A stretch of 64,000 bases of DNA from the human T2T-CHM13v2.0 reference genome, Homo sapiens: NCBI RefSeq assembly GCF_009914755.1, contig NC_060928.1. One strand, written 5' to 3'. A program made the position numbers and the translations under genes. The notes under the pieces are model-generated. The model was not told the origin of the DNA, searched no databases, and saw only the letters and a program-made list of their open reading frames with translations. This document shows positions 1 to 13,378 of this stretch, piece after piece (positions within the stretch are counted from its first letter, which is position 1; each line of letters starts with the position of its first letter).

Positions 1-909
1 GTTCAGGAAAATTTGAAACTGAACCGTGAGGACAGGGGCATTCAGGCTATCATCCTATAACCCCACTCCCCTGTGCTGGACTGTTACAATTATTTCTATA
101 AAATCAGCCTCCCCATGGCACTGTGAGCCACTTGAGGGCAGAGCCTGTGCCTTATCCAGCCCTCTAGCTTCTGAGCCTGGCATAGGCTCCTGATAATAGT
201 GGGAGCTCAGTCACCATTGATGAACCCAGATATGAAATGGATGGAAGGGTGAGCCCACAACTTGGATTTCTGTCCTGAGAGCTGGCGTCTGTGGGAGAGG
301 GTTCTGTACACAGTCACGCCAGCCTCTGCACTCACTGAGCACTTGCTGGGCTTCTGGCTCTGCTCTCAAAACTGCATGAATATCAACATTTCCAATCCTC
401 ACTGAAACCCACGAGATAGGGACTATGATCCTCATTTTACAAATGGGGAAACTGAGTCAAAGAGCTATGCATAACTTGCCAAATACCACACAGCAGGTCA
501 GTTGCAGGGCTGAGACGAGAACCCCAGCGGAGTTGCCATCTCAGCTGTCAACCCTCTGCACCACCGGTCCTGGTGCCAAGGCTTCATCCCATCCCCCATG
601 GACCTAGTAACTAAAACTTTGGGTGACTTACTTGATTGTGCCCAGTGACCATCACGCAGCTTGGATGGGAGGGAAGGTCCTGGCTCCCACACTGCTGGGC
701 GGTGCTGGGCGGAATCACTGCATCTTTCCATACTTCAGTTCCCTCAACTTCAGGGGGAGGCTCACTCCTACCATGGAACTTCTGGGAGGTCATAGGCCAT
801 CTGTGTGAAGCCCAGGGCCCTGTGGTGGCATGATTGTATGCTGTGATCTGAATATGATCAGTCGTTATTGATGGTCTTGAGGTTTTCCCGTGTGGTATTT
901 CTTTTTCAG

Positions 910-987
910 AAAAGGAAAGGGGGCTGGCCTAAAGGCAAGAAGAGAAACCCCCCGAGGGACCTTGCTGTTCCGTGTTCCTACGACAGG
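910..987 (+). pseudogene. HMG20-like pseudogene exon A: basic motif preceding the HMG box
   Basis: Acceptor ctttttcAG (908-909), donor GTaag (988). Reads KRKGGWPKGKKRNPPRDLAV-[frameshift at ~970]-RVPTTG, matching recalled HMG20B KKRGWPKGKKRKK..PKAPVTG and HMG20A RDSNAPKSPLTG. The exon is 78 nt; 80 are needed for phase 0 to 2, implying a 2-bp deletion. Confidence 0.85.
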
Positions 988-2000
988 GTAAGATGCAGGG
1001 AGATTACTCTGACCCAACGTTGAAGTAATCTGCAGGGCTCACCATGTGGCCTGGGCCACGTGGCGGGGTTGGTACGATCCCATCTCAGCCTTTACCTGTT
1101 CTTTTAGGGTGCTTGGTTAGCTAGGGGGCCTGACACCACTGGGAGTGTGGGGTGGGCTGCTTAGTTCTTTAATCTGTAATGAGGTCCTGGTCCTGGAGGA
1201 GAGAGGACAGAAGAACCAGGTTTGGGTTCCAGACAGGAAAAGGGGTAGGTGTGGGCTTGGTGGGTCTGCTTTCCATCCCAGGCTTGAAGACATGGGCGCT
1301 CTGTGGCCTTGGGTAAGCTGGTTAACCTTCAGGGGGCTCAAGCCACCCTTCTCAGCACCTGGGACCTTGTCCCTTTCCCATGAATCTTGCGCCATAGAAG
1401 AAAGGTCCCATGCCAGCTGCTGACCAGAGCTCTGAGGGTCACCTTGCCCCATCTAGAAGCTTGTACACTTTATCCTCAGGGTTCACACGGCTCTAACGCT
1501 GAGGGGCTTCCTTCAGTATTCCTGTGGCTCACATGGATGAAACTGGTTTGGCCACAGCCTTTCTCCCTCCCCTTCAAAAGAAGTCCTTGAGCAGGAGGGG
1601 GAGGGGCCTGCACCTGGAGTATTAGGCCACACCTGTGAGCAGGTGGCATTATGTTCATTATACAAAGGGGGAAACGGAGGCTCAGATGGGTTACGTGGTT
1701 TGTCCACATAATGCAGCATGGCTATTTGAACGTGTCCCCTGCCAGACACAGCCACCCAGCCTTCATACACCTCGTGCCCTGTGGGGAGCCCCTCTTCTCA
1801 TTCCTAGGCCTTTTACGAGACTCTGGGTTAACAAGCCACTGGAGGATGTGCCCCTCTTAGCCTTCAGTTCTCTGGTTAGACTGAACAAGATGGGCAAACC
1901 TGTGACTCGTTGTGAAAACCGGAAAGTGGAATGAGCTGCCCCTGGCCGGCTCCCTTCCCCACCGGTTCTCAGAGCCAGGTTTGTCCCTTCTGTGGCACAG

Positions 2001-2123
2001 GTACATGATATTCCTGAATGAGCAGAGAAGTCAGCTGAGGGCCACACACCCCGATCTGCCTTTCACAGAAATCATGAAGATGCTGGCTGTTCAGTGGGCC
2101 CAGCTGTCTCAGGATAAAAAGGG
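2001..2123 (+). pseudogene. HMG20-like pseudogene exon B: HMG box helices 1-2
   Basis: Acceptor tgtggcacAG (1999-2000), donor GTaagt (2124). Reads (G)YMIFLNEQRSQLRATHPDLPFTEIMKMLAVQWAQLSQDKK, versus recalled HMG20B [42 protein letters not shown]. It ends 1 nt short of the phase-0 junction with exon C. Confidence 0.92.
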
Positions 2124-3775
2124 GTAAGTCCTGTTCTATGTGGTGAATACAAAGCGAGTCCCCCCGTGAGATGGGGCCTGGGCAGCCCGCAGCCACCGCC
2201 AGGGGCCGTTCCCTCCTAATCCATTTCTTACACCACAGCCAGAGGGAACCCTCTAGAGTGCAGACATGAGATGCCACTCACTCACCCATTTAGAGCAATT
2301 AATGGGTCCCCTTGCTTTTGGCAGCATCTCCTAAACTGGGTCAGGCAGAATGGCCCATCCAGGAATCATGGGCCGGCTGTCAAATAAGTCTAGGAAATTC
2401 TGGAGGAAATCAAGATCGTAGATTTCTCCCTCAGCAGGACATTTTTGGCGAATCTACAATATATTTGTGTAGCACTTGTTATGCCTGGCACCATGCTAGG
2501 TGCTGGGGATACAGCCACAAGCATGGCCAATGGGGCCCCTGCTGTCCTGGAGTGAGGCTGCGGAGGAAGAGACCGAGCCAAGCATGTAAAGGGGCATGAG
2601 AGTCTCTACGTGTGAGCGCTGGTGTGCGGTGTTTCTCAAACTAATTTACCAAGGAGCCTCTTTTTCACAGAGCACCTGTTAACCTCCTACAGAGGCATGT
2701 TCTGGGGGCCAGGGGAGGAATGCCAAATTATGGCATAAGGTCAAAGCCCATTTCGCATGAAATACTGTTACATTCCAATATCACTTCTGCCACCCCCAGC
2801 TGTACCTTCCAGCCACACTGAACAAACGTGTCATTTTCTGTTCAAGCCATGCCTGCCTCAGTGCCACCTCCTACAATAAGCCCTCCCACACCCCTAAGAA
2901 TATCTGACCTCAAAGCCCATACTTTCTCCAGAACAGCACCCTGCCTCCAGAGTGTCATTTCCTTGAGTCAAATACAAAGACCCTGACGTGAACTTCTTTA
3001 AACCTCTACAATTTCATCTTGCTTTAGTCATAGAAAACTCTTGTTTAACAATTGACAAAATCCTAATGGGGGGCTCAGTTAGTAACATCCCTCTCCTTCC
3101 TACCCACGTTTCCAACCAACTAGGAACTATCCAGTAGCCAGTCAGATGGAGATTAAATGTCAGCTGTATTCACGCAAAGCGAGGGGGAGGGTGTCTTTGG
3201 ATCAGTGGCTCCAGCTGCTGGCAGTGCCGGACAATTCCTGGCACTAGGTCAGAGCAGGCCCCTGAGCATGTGGCCAAGAGCAGTGCAGAGCCTTCGCTGC
3301 CTGCCAGCGGATGGCAGGGGCAAAGAGAGAGGGAGGGGCTCTACTCAGCATCCCAAGGCCTGGGGTTGGATCTGATTCGTCTGTCACTAGTGCCCAGCCC
3401 AGGACCCTGTGCAGGGAAAAGTGCTGATGTTTGCATGAAGGATCATTGAAGAGAAGTCTAAGGTTCCCCCTGGCAGGAGCTGATAATGCTGCCCTTCTCT
3501 GCAGTCATCAGACCAAACCTGGAGAATGGTAGTGGCCACAGCAAGGCAGATGCCAGTTGATGGGAAGGAAAACAGTGCCATTCAAACAAGGAATGAACTT
3601 GCTTGGAGGTAGTGAGGTCCCTGTCCCTGGAGGTGTGCAAGCAGAAGCTGAGTAGTAGCTTCTTGGGATCATCCTAAAGAGCCCCAAGGAGGTTGGACAA
3701 GAGGATGCCCAGCCTCCATCCCCATCCCAACCCCAAATCTGGAGCGCCTCAGAATCTCTGTGCTCCTTCCTCCAG

Positions 3776-3896
3776 AGGTATGTGTCTCAGGTGGACGAGG
3801 ACAAGTAGGGCTATGTCTGCGAGCTACAGGCCTTCCAGAGCTCTGAGGCCTACCGAGCTTTCCTGCAGAGGTGTGCAGCCCACAAGGCGCTGTGTG
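3776..3896 (+). pseudogene. HMG20-like pseudogene exon C: HMG box helix 3 with in-frame stop
   Basis: Acceptor ccttcctccAG (3774-3775). Reads RYVSQVDEDK*GYVCELQAFQSSEAYRAFLQRCAAHKALC, versus recalled HMG20B [26 protein letters not shown]. TAG at 3806-3808. The 3' end is inferred: GGatg at 3897 may be a mutated GT donor. Confidence 0.88.
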
Positions 3897-5567
3897 GGAT
3901 GCAGGAGTGGACTGGAGCTCACCTCTCCCAAGCCGGGGTCTGGGATGTTTACGCAGCAGAAAGTACGCTGGGAAAGCCCTTGGTGTTACTCCACCTCCTT
4001 CAGCGCTCACACCAGTCGCCTTGATTGAAGAGCCAAAGCAGTTGGACATCCAGTCTCTTCCTTTTCAGCCCATCCTGGACCGGTTAAAGATTAAAGATAA
4101 GAGGCAGCTTGTTCCCTCCTACCTGGGAGGGTCAGTGGACATTCAGGGAGTGCTGAGGCAGCGGTTACTTTGTAGTGTTTAGAAAAGGGAAAGGAATCAC
4201 AGTGACAGGCCTGGCACTTCTCAAATTCCAGCATGCACACGGTCACCGAGGGTCTTGCTGGTAGGCAGGTTCTGCTCCAGCAGGTTCAGGGTGGGGCCTG
4301 GGAGTCTGCATTTCTGACATGCCCATGGGCCATGGCTGCTGCTGCTCCAGGGCCCACACTGACTATGCTGCAGGTTGGTTCCTGCAGCACTCACCACTCC
4401 TACATGCCGCGGCACCCTCCCACAGCCCAGCATCTCTGCCGTGGGCTTTTCTCAGATGGCCATGGGGCCACATGTGCAGGGCAGAGCTAGCAAACTGAGC
4501 ATCTATGTAAACCCACGCAGACAGCTTTCCACCACCACCGCCATGGTGAGACAAATCCCAGGTGGGTTCCATACCCCAGAGAGTTCCCATGGGACTGAGC
4601 CCCATTCCTGTAATGGCCCTGCCCAGCCAGCTGACTCACTTCCAGCCCTACTGGTGCTTCCTGAGATCAATACCCAAACAAACCATTGACACCAAAATCC
4701 TCATCTGGGGGGCCTGGCTCTGTCCCCAGAGTCTGAGGCAGAGGAGGGAACCCTATCCATTGTCTACTCACTATGCCTTCACCATGGAGGACACTTTCCA
4801 CTCATTTTTCTTTTTCATCCTTTTTGAAAGTATTCTCAATCGCAGAGCCCATCAGCAGCACTTTTACATTGAGACCCACAGGGCGGCCACCGGCCACCAG
4901 GATTCCAGTCTTCTCTGAGGGGCACAGGCCTGCAGGGCAGCATTGAAGTGTCCTTGTCAGTGGGGGTCCAGGCGCCAGTCTCTGGCCCCACCAGTGGCTG
5001 CCCCAGGGCAGAGGTAGGCTTCTCCCAGTGGTCCTGGGTCCACCCCCGTTCACCCTGCATGTTCCTGCCCTGCACGCTCCATGGTCAGGGCTGGCCCGCG
5101 TCCCTAGGACGTCACAGCAAGGCCTGCCTATCTTTCACGTTGCTGCCTCTCCGGCTGAGCACCGGAGGAAGCATGCATCAGGGGCTCTGCCATCCACGAG
5201 ACTCCAGGACCAGCCACGTGTGTCCCATGCTCCCACCGGGACTGGCTGAGAGAGCTGCCTTCCTGGTGACCAGGGTGTGGGCTCCAGAGTCCAAGTGCCC
5301 AGGTTGGAATGGCAGCTCTACCACTCGGTGGCTCTGTGGCCTTGCACAAATTGCTGGAACACTCACTGCCTCAGTTTCTTCATCTGAAAAATGGGGCTGT
5401 CACAGGCCCTTCTCCTCAGGGCTCAGTGAGGATGAATGAGCTAAACCACAGAGAGGTTGGTACTCAGCGCCTGGTACATGGCAAGTGTTCACACTTGCGG
5501 TAAGTGTTCACACTTAGTGCCCCTCCCTGTGCGCTGGGGCATGGCCCCCACCCTAGCTTCCTCCAAA

Positions 5568-5770
5568 GCAGGGGTCAGCAAACTTTTTCTGGAAAGGGAT
5601 AGATAGCAACTGTCATAGGCTTTGTGGGCCACGTGGCCTCCATCGCAGTCATTCAACTCTATGCTTGTAGCAGGAAAGCAGCCATAGACAATATGTTCAC
5701 AAAGGGCCGTGTCTGCATGCCAATAAAACTTTATTTATAAAAACATACAGAAGGCTGAGTTGGTCCACAG
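5568..5770. mobile_element. MER58A-like hAT-Charlie MITE
   Basis: caggggtcagcaaactttttct...ccaataaaactttatttataaaaac, typical MER58 text. A second copy lies at ~62420-62600. Confidence 0.7.
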
Positions 5771-6855
5771 GTAGGTCTACTCTGGCCCATCGTACTTATT
5801 GGGTTTCCACGTAACCTTTGTTTTCAATCAAGTGCCTGTAGATAAAAATAATCAACTGGAAAATCTCTGGTCTGGCATAGAACTAGCAGATATACCCACG
5901 CATGGTGGCGTCTCTGATGGTTCCAGGGGAGCTGCAAGGCCTCTGGTCCTCATCATGAATGTCAGATCTCTTGGTACCAGAGTTAAGCAGAGGGTGCCTG
6001 AGAACAGCTGTCATTCCTGCTCCTGGTTTTCTCCCAAAATGCCATTTGTCCAAGCTTAGCAGAGAACAGCTTGTCTTGCTGAATTCTTCATTCATGCTGA
6101 GGCCCTGCGGCCTTCTCCTTATTTGGGGGATTGTTTGTAAATTGTCGTCATGCAAAAACCTGGTGTGTTACAAGGAAAGGTCACTCCAACACAGCAGCCT
6201 CGTCTTTAAACAAATAAAATATATCACTGCCTTATTTAAAACATAGTAATTTTAAGAGTTTGCTGTATAAAAATAAATTAGTAGTCAATATCCATTTTAA
6301 AAGTATCACCTAGAATCTGCCATGCTAAAAAATGAAGTTTCCATTTTTCCTCGTTTCTCCCTCATCTTCATTCCATACCTAGCCAGGTGCTTATACATTG
6401 ACATCAGAGGTACCTGGTGTTTCCTCTTGGCTCATTGGGGTTTTCAGACCTCAGATTAAATTGAACCGCATTGATCCTCCTCCAGCAGGTAACATGAAGA
6501 CCCCTCGAGATGATGTTTGCAATCAAAGAAGGCACCTCTGACCCTCTGATTGGTGTCCCCCAAATAGGGCTGAGCCCTTTCCTGAGACAAATTCTGAAAA
6601 CGCACCTCTATCTACTGAGGACCTAGCACTTTCTCTCTCACCCGATGACAGAGGTCTTGAGATGAATTGAAATTCTCATCTGTGCTCAGAAAGGTGTCAC
6701 ACCTAGCAAGGAAATTTACAGTGGGGAAAGGGAGTTGCAGGGCCCAGCCCTGTCCACACAAAGCCCGTGTGTCTTTTTCAGCTGATTTTATGTTCAGAGA
6801 AGGCTGGATCACCTGCGCCTCCTCCCTGCTCACCTGAAACCCTTTCTGTCCTCAG

Positions 6856-6962
6856 GGAGATGAACTCAATGACCTCTACTGCGGGACCTCCAGGCAGCTC
6901 TTCAGCTCCCTGTGCAACAAGAAGGAACCTGCTGCAAAGGCAGCACCTGCAGCGCCTCTCAG
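6856..6962 (+). pseudogene. Pseudogene exon D: degenerate U1/matrin-type C2H2 zinc finger
   Basis: Acceptor tttctgtcctcAG (6854-6855), donor GTaac (6963). Reads GDELNDLYCGTSRQLFSSLCNKKE-[c, 2-bp deletion at 6928]-LLQRQHLQRLS(G). Spacing fits C-x2-[C>S]-x12-[H]-x5-H with the conserved aromatic residues. Confidence 0.7.
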
Positions 6963-8292
6963 GTAACCAGCCTGGGCCAGGCGGCTCAGCCGCAAACGCT
7001 GGCCTTGACTCCACCTGCGCCAGAGGTCACCAACAGGCGGCCCACGTGACACCTCTTGTTATTAAAATGCAATTTTAAGACAGACTCTAGTCAAGCCCAC
7101 TTACCACCAGGTGGGTGTTTAGGACAGGGTAGGTCTTCCACTATATCTGTTTTCCTCTTAGTTCGCCAGGCCCGCCTGCTCTGGGCCACGCAGGACACGG
7201 ACGTCAGCTTCTCCTGGAGCGCTCGCTCACTTTATTCCATCTCTACGAGCTCCTCAAGTATCCCAGAGCATCCCCAGGCCTGTGGCCACCTCGGGTCTGG
7301 ATGCCGCATTCTCTGACCTGTGGCACATTCTGGGTGCCCATGATTATGATGAGGTTCTGTGCCCATGTGGCCTCAGGGCTCTTGAGACCACCCTTCAACC
7401 AGGTCTTTGCTCACCTGTCTCCTGCCCAGGGACGCCACCCAGGTCACCGGTGCAAACCTCCAGCCCCTGCCCGTTTCTCTCCATGAGTGCATTGCCACCT
7501 CGCAGCCTCTTCCACTTGCTCATTCCTGGTGTTATTGCCTGTCTCCCACTGGAAGAGAAGGCCCTCGAGTTCAGCAACTGTTTTGCCTGTTTTGTTCACT
7601 GTGGTGAACCCCGGGCCTAGAACCACGCCTGGCACTCCCAGTAGGTGCTCAATAAGTATCCAATGAGTGGACAGATGAATGGATGTGTTCAACAAATGAC
7701 CCTAGAGCGTGTATTCCTTCCAGGGACAGAGCGAGGTACTGGGGACACAGGAAGGACGAGGCAGAGCTCCGCGCTGACGAAACCAAGGGCCAAGCGTGCG
7801 AGTGAATACGAACATCCTGGCGTTAAAACGTCTTGCATTCTAGTGAAATGAGACCCATTGGACACAGAGAAGCCCCACCACAATTGCATCTGTGTAAAAT
7901 CGAGAGAAAGATCGTGAAAACAGCCATGGCAGGTGCTGGACTAAGGGGTGACATTGGGTTTTCTCTTCCCACCTATCCTTTAGGGTTGTTAAAACAGAAA
8001 TAGATCTCACGTAGGCCCCTGCTCTGCACCCTGCTTGCTGAGTCACGCAGGGCCAGTTACGCAGCTACCGTGTGCTTACCCGGCCTCATCTGTAAAATAA
8101 GGATGACACTGCCTGCCTGGCAGGGCTCTCCTGAGAATACACAGTGCCTCGTGCAGGGCCCAGTGCAGCAGAGAGGTCACCTCCTCCAGGAAGACTTTCC
8201 TGACCTGGGCTTGGGGTTGGGCCTCCCCAGGGCTCCTAAGGCTTCCCCACATACCCTTCACTTTGCAATGATCATCCCCTGTTACTGTCCCA

Positions 8293-8516
8293 CAACACAC
8301 ATTACACACAACACCATACAAACACATGCATTCTACACACACACAACATACACATGCACTACATATAACACACATTATACACATTACAAACACAACACAT
8401 ACCCCACACTTCACACTCATATACACACATACACCACCCACATACACTCCAAACACTCCGCACACATACAAACACATACTACATACAACACACTCATACC
8501 ACACACATGCACACAC
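8293..8516. repeat. Degenerate (CA/CATA)n low-complexity tract
   Basis: About 220 bp of acacac/atacac. It generates the His/Thr- and Cys/Val-rich ORFs at 8070-8568. Confidence 0.95.
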
Positions 8517-9959
8517 GGGTCTGGAGGGCGGTGCTGTGTGGGGCTCCGGGCGCATCCCTGATCCATAGCAGATACTGAATATTTGCTGAAGGAATATCCA
8601 GGAGACTCGTGCTACGTCTGGTGTTTGAAAGGAAATGAACAGTTCTTGGTAATGTCTTGTTTAGGGTGAATAATGGCACTGAAGACAGAAAATGCATCTT
8701 ATCACCTGCTCTGGAGCAAAACATGTGTGCTTGGATGCGTAGAGTTATTCTGTGTAAATTACCCACCAGAGAGAATTCAGGCGTGTTTCAAAATCTATAA
8801 AACCGTGTGCTGGGGGACCATGAAAAGTTGTAGATGCACGTGGCCGTGAACCACTGTAACTCTCTGGGGGCCTGCGTGACCGTTTAAAAGGAAACAGACA
8901 TGGGCAAACCTCGTTTCATCTTCTCTCTAAATCACCTACAATTTTACAGTAGCAGTCGGGCTCTTGAGAGCTTTCCCATTTCCACTTTTCTTGGTGGATC
9001 TTGCTGGAAATCAGTGCTTTTGGCAGCTGCAGTCTCTGAGGCGGGGCCCTGATTGGGGATGGGGTGTTAACCTTGCATTCTTTGGGGTTCAGGTCTCAAA
9101 TGGCTCTTGTAGCCCTGGGATCTGAGGAGCGAGACCAGGACTCAGCTATCTCCACCCCGGAAGAACCTTCCCTGCTCTTCCACATCCAGCCCAGGCCTCG
9201 GCTTCCTCGTCTGCAAAACGAGGGTGCTGAGAAGATGGGAGCAGGGGTCCAGCGTTTTCATCAGCAGGGCTGTTGAGATGTAATTCCCATGCCATAGTGC
9301 CCACTGGTTGAAAGTCTATACAGTTCAGTGGTTTCTAGTGTATTTTCAGATATATGCAGCCATCACTGTGGTGGACTTTAGAACATCTCTGTCACCCCAA
9401 AGAGCAACCCCGTTTCCATTGGTGTCACTCCCGGGGCTCCGCATTCCCAGCCCAGCAGCCTAGGACAAGTTTTCTGCCTCTGCAGGAGGCCCCCAAGTTT
9501 CAGATCTTGATGTCTCCTTTCTGTGGGGAGTCCAGCAGGCATCTCCACCTTAGGGACAGCTTAGTGGACAGTGCTGTGTCACCATCAAGGGCCTGAATCC
9601 CCGCTCTGTCACCTACTACCTCTTTTACCTTGGGCAAATTCTTCACCCTTTGCCTTGGTTTCCTTAGGTGAAAATGGGATCATCGTGCTGACCTCAAGGG
9701 CAGCTGTAGGATTCGATGTTCCTCATGTCACGGTCTCTAACCGTGTGGCACATTCTGGGTGCCCATGGTTACGATGATGGGTTTGGGGGCTGGAGGGATC
9801 AGTGACTTTCTGCCTCCACCCCCTCTCTAGGAACGGCAGGCTGCTAAGGAACCCCACAGGCACATGCTGTGTGGCTCCCTGCACGCTGTCCTTCTCCTGC
9901 CGTGGCTTTTCACCTTTGTGTGCCAGTCTTGCTCCTGTTCATGCCTCAAAATCCCACCA

Positions 9960-10645
9960 AAAAGACAATAACAGGTGCTGGCAAGCATGTAGAGAAACTG
10001 AAGCCCTGCTGCTCTGGTGGTGACAGAGGGCACACTGCATTGGAGAATGGTCTGACAGCTCCTCAAAAGGTTAAACATAGAGTTGCCGTGTGACCCAGCC
10101 ATTCCGCTCCGGTGGCCAATCTGAGGTTTCAGTCCAGGCTGTCTGGTTCCAAGGACTCTGTTCTTTACCACTTTCTATGTGTACACCCAAAGAACTGCAA
10201 ATGTATGATCAACCAAAAATATGAACATGAACGCTCATCGCAGCACAGTTCGTAATAGCCAAAAAGTGGAAACAAACCAAACGCCCATCAAGGGTTGAAT
10301 GGATAAACAAAACGTGGCCCATCCTTACAACAGCGTAACCTTGGGCCGTACAGAGGAGTGAAGTATGATATGCACCACGATGCGGAGGAAACTTGAGAAC
10401 ATAGTAAGTGAAAGAAACCAGACACAAAGGACCACACACGGTGTGATTCCATTCACACCAGATGTCCAGAGCAGGAGATCTGTAGAGGCAGAAAGGAGAT
10501 TGCTGGTTGTCTAGGGCTGGGTTTCGGGAGGATAAGGGAGTGATAGCCAAAGGCTGCGAGTTTCTTTATAAAGGATGAAAATGTCCTAAAATTGGGGTGA
10601 TGGTTGCATGTCTGTGAACCTACTAAAAACCACTGAATCACACAC
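9960..10645 (+). mobile_element. Old L1M (L1MB/ME-like) 3' fragment; continues briefly after the Alu
   Basis: gtgctggcaagcatgtagagaaactg, gttcgtaatagccaaaaagtggaaacaa, gaatggataaacaaaacgtgg: L1 ORF2 end and 3'UTR signatures. Confidence 0.75.
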
Positions 10646-10647
10646 TT

Positions 10648-10967
10648 ACTTTATTTTTATTTCTTTATTTATATTTATTTATTTATTTATTGAGTCAAGG
10701 TCTCACTCTGTCGTCCAGGCTGGAGTCCAGTGGTACAATCACAACTCACTGCAGCCTCAACCTCCCAGGTTCAGCTGATCCTCCCACCTCAGCCTCCTGA
10801 GTAGCTGGGACTGCTGGCGTTGGTCACCATGCCTGGCTAATTATTTTGTAGAGATGGGTTTTACGCCACGTTACCCAGCATGGTTTCGAACTCCTGGACT
10901 CAAGGGGTCTGTCCACCTCGGCCACCCAAAGTGCTGAGATTACAGGCGTGAGCCACTGCACCCAACC
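10648..10967 (-). mobile_element. AluJ-like
   Basis: (TTTA)n tail followed by reverse Alu body. Confidence 0.9.
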
Positions 10968-11251
10968 ATGATATGTGAACTAGATCTCAATAAAGGTGTT
11001 AGGCAAAAAACAAAACAAAACAAAAAAACACCATCTCAATCAAGGACCCTTACTCCAGGAGGCCTCCTCTGCTGGCCTCTGCCCCTGCCTGGTCCTGGCG
11101 TGCTCTGCTTGTCTGTCTCTCTGTCCACCAAACAGGGGACCCTGAGGCAGAGGCTGGTTCGCCCACATGTGGACAGAGGGCCAGGCCTGGAAGTGCTGCT
11201 AATTCTCTGCTCGTGGGCTGACCTCTGTGACAGGATTTCTTTGCTTTTTAG

Positions 11252-11452
11252 GGGAATTTAAAAAAGATCCTGCCACGTACTCATAGCACCTGGAGCCTCT
11301 GGAGGAAGAGGAGGGACAAATGAGGTCAAGTCAGAGGAGGAAGCTGAGGGCCCCGAGTCCCTTCTGCTCAGATGTCCGCATCCAGAGAGGAGTTCTGCTT
11401 CTCTCAACCTGTGTTTCTTGCAAGAGTTTATCTATAAATTGCTGAAAAATGG
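11252..11452 (+). pseudogene. Pseudogene exon E: acidic linker leading into the coiled-coil region
   Basis: Acceptor ttctttgcttttAG (11250-11251), phase-compatible with exon D (G+GG gives Gly), donor GTaatc (11453). Reads GEFKKDPATYS*HLEPLEEEEG-[frameshift ~11318]-NEVKSEEEAEGPESLLLRCPHPERSSASLNLCFLQEFIYKLLKN. The end loosely resembles HMG20 FTEEFLNHSKAR. TAG at 11284-11286. Confidence 0.55.
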
Positions 11453-11878
11453 GTAATCAAGTTCAGCAACTCCCTGGCATCTGTGATGACCTATGGTTTG
11501 TAATCCTAGTCAGAATCACCTACATAGAGGATATAATATTAATCAGAACAAAACAGAAAAGTCGCTAGAGGAATAACAATAGTAAAATTTACAATCAGAT
11601 GAAGAATAAAGTTTTCAATGAGGCACAGTTCTAAGCACTTCATACAAATAACCTGTCTTAATTCTCATAAAAGTACTGCAAGGCAGGTGATAATATCATC
11701 TCCTTCTAAAGATAAAATGCAGCACAGAGAGGTTAAGTAACTTGTCCAATGTTGAACAGCTAGTGAGTGGTCAATCTGAGATTTAAATCCAGGCTGTCTG
11801 GGTCCAAGAACTCTGTTCTTCACTACTTCTCAACAACATCAACTATGTAAAATGACACACATACATAAACCCACATCA

Positions 11879-12766
<888 letters not shown>

Positions 12767-13124
12767 TCAGTGCAGTGTTTCTAGTCTTATTTTCTATAAA
12801 TATCTGAATCTACCCGCCTATTTCTCTATCTCTCTACCTAAATATATCTGCATGTTATTTGTATATCTGCATATTTATCTTATATTTATCTAAATAAATA
12901 TATCTAACTATATCTCTATATAGAGATAGAGATAGAAAGATGGAGAGAAAGAGAGATAGAGAGATGGACATGAAGGTAAAATCCGTCCTGCAGCTCCCAT
13001 TTGCAGAAGAGCGTGAGCATTTTCACATCTCCTTCAACGTTCTTTTAGGCATCGCCCCTCCTGGCTGCATAATATTTCATCATATGCGTGAGCCGCACTG
13101 GCTGCCCAGTTCCTCACTGTGTCG

Positions 13125-13378
13125 TTGTTTGTTTGTTTGTTTGTTTTGAAACAGAGTCTCACTCTGTCGCCCAGGCTGGAGTACCGTGGCATGATCTCGG
13201 CTCACTGCAAACTCCGCCTCCTGAGTTCAAGTGATTTCCGGCTAATTTTTGTATTTTTAGTCGGGATGGGGTTTCACCACATTAACCAGGCTGGTGTTGA
13301 ACTTCTGACCTCAAGTGATCCGCCCTCCTCGGCCTCCCAAAGTGCTAGGATTACAGGCGTGAGCCACCGTGCCTGGCC
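13125..13378 (-). mobile_element. AluS-like with internal deletion
   Basis: (GTTT)n tail and reverse Alu body missing part of the right arm. Confidence 0.88.

Noticed and set aside
1912-2127. 71-aa ORF containing the HMG box as a standalone coding gene
   Set aside because: It starts at a non-ATG codon in intronic sequence and stops in the donor site. Only 2001-2123 is exon-like, and neighbouring exons are frameshifted.
7160-7260. Minus-strand peptide LEELVEME*SERALQEKL as an inverted copy of the missing coiled-coil exon
   Set aside because: Wrong strand and position, contains a stop, and the similarity is only compositional.
8070-8568. His/Thr- and Cys/Val-rich ORFs of 80-163 aa
   Set aside because: Translations of a CA/TG low-complexity tract.
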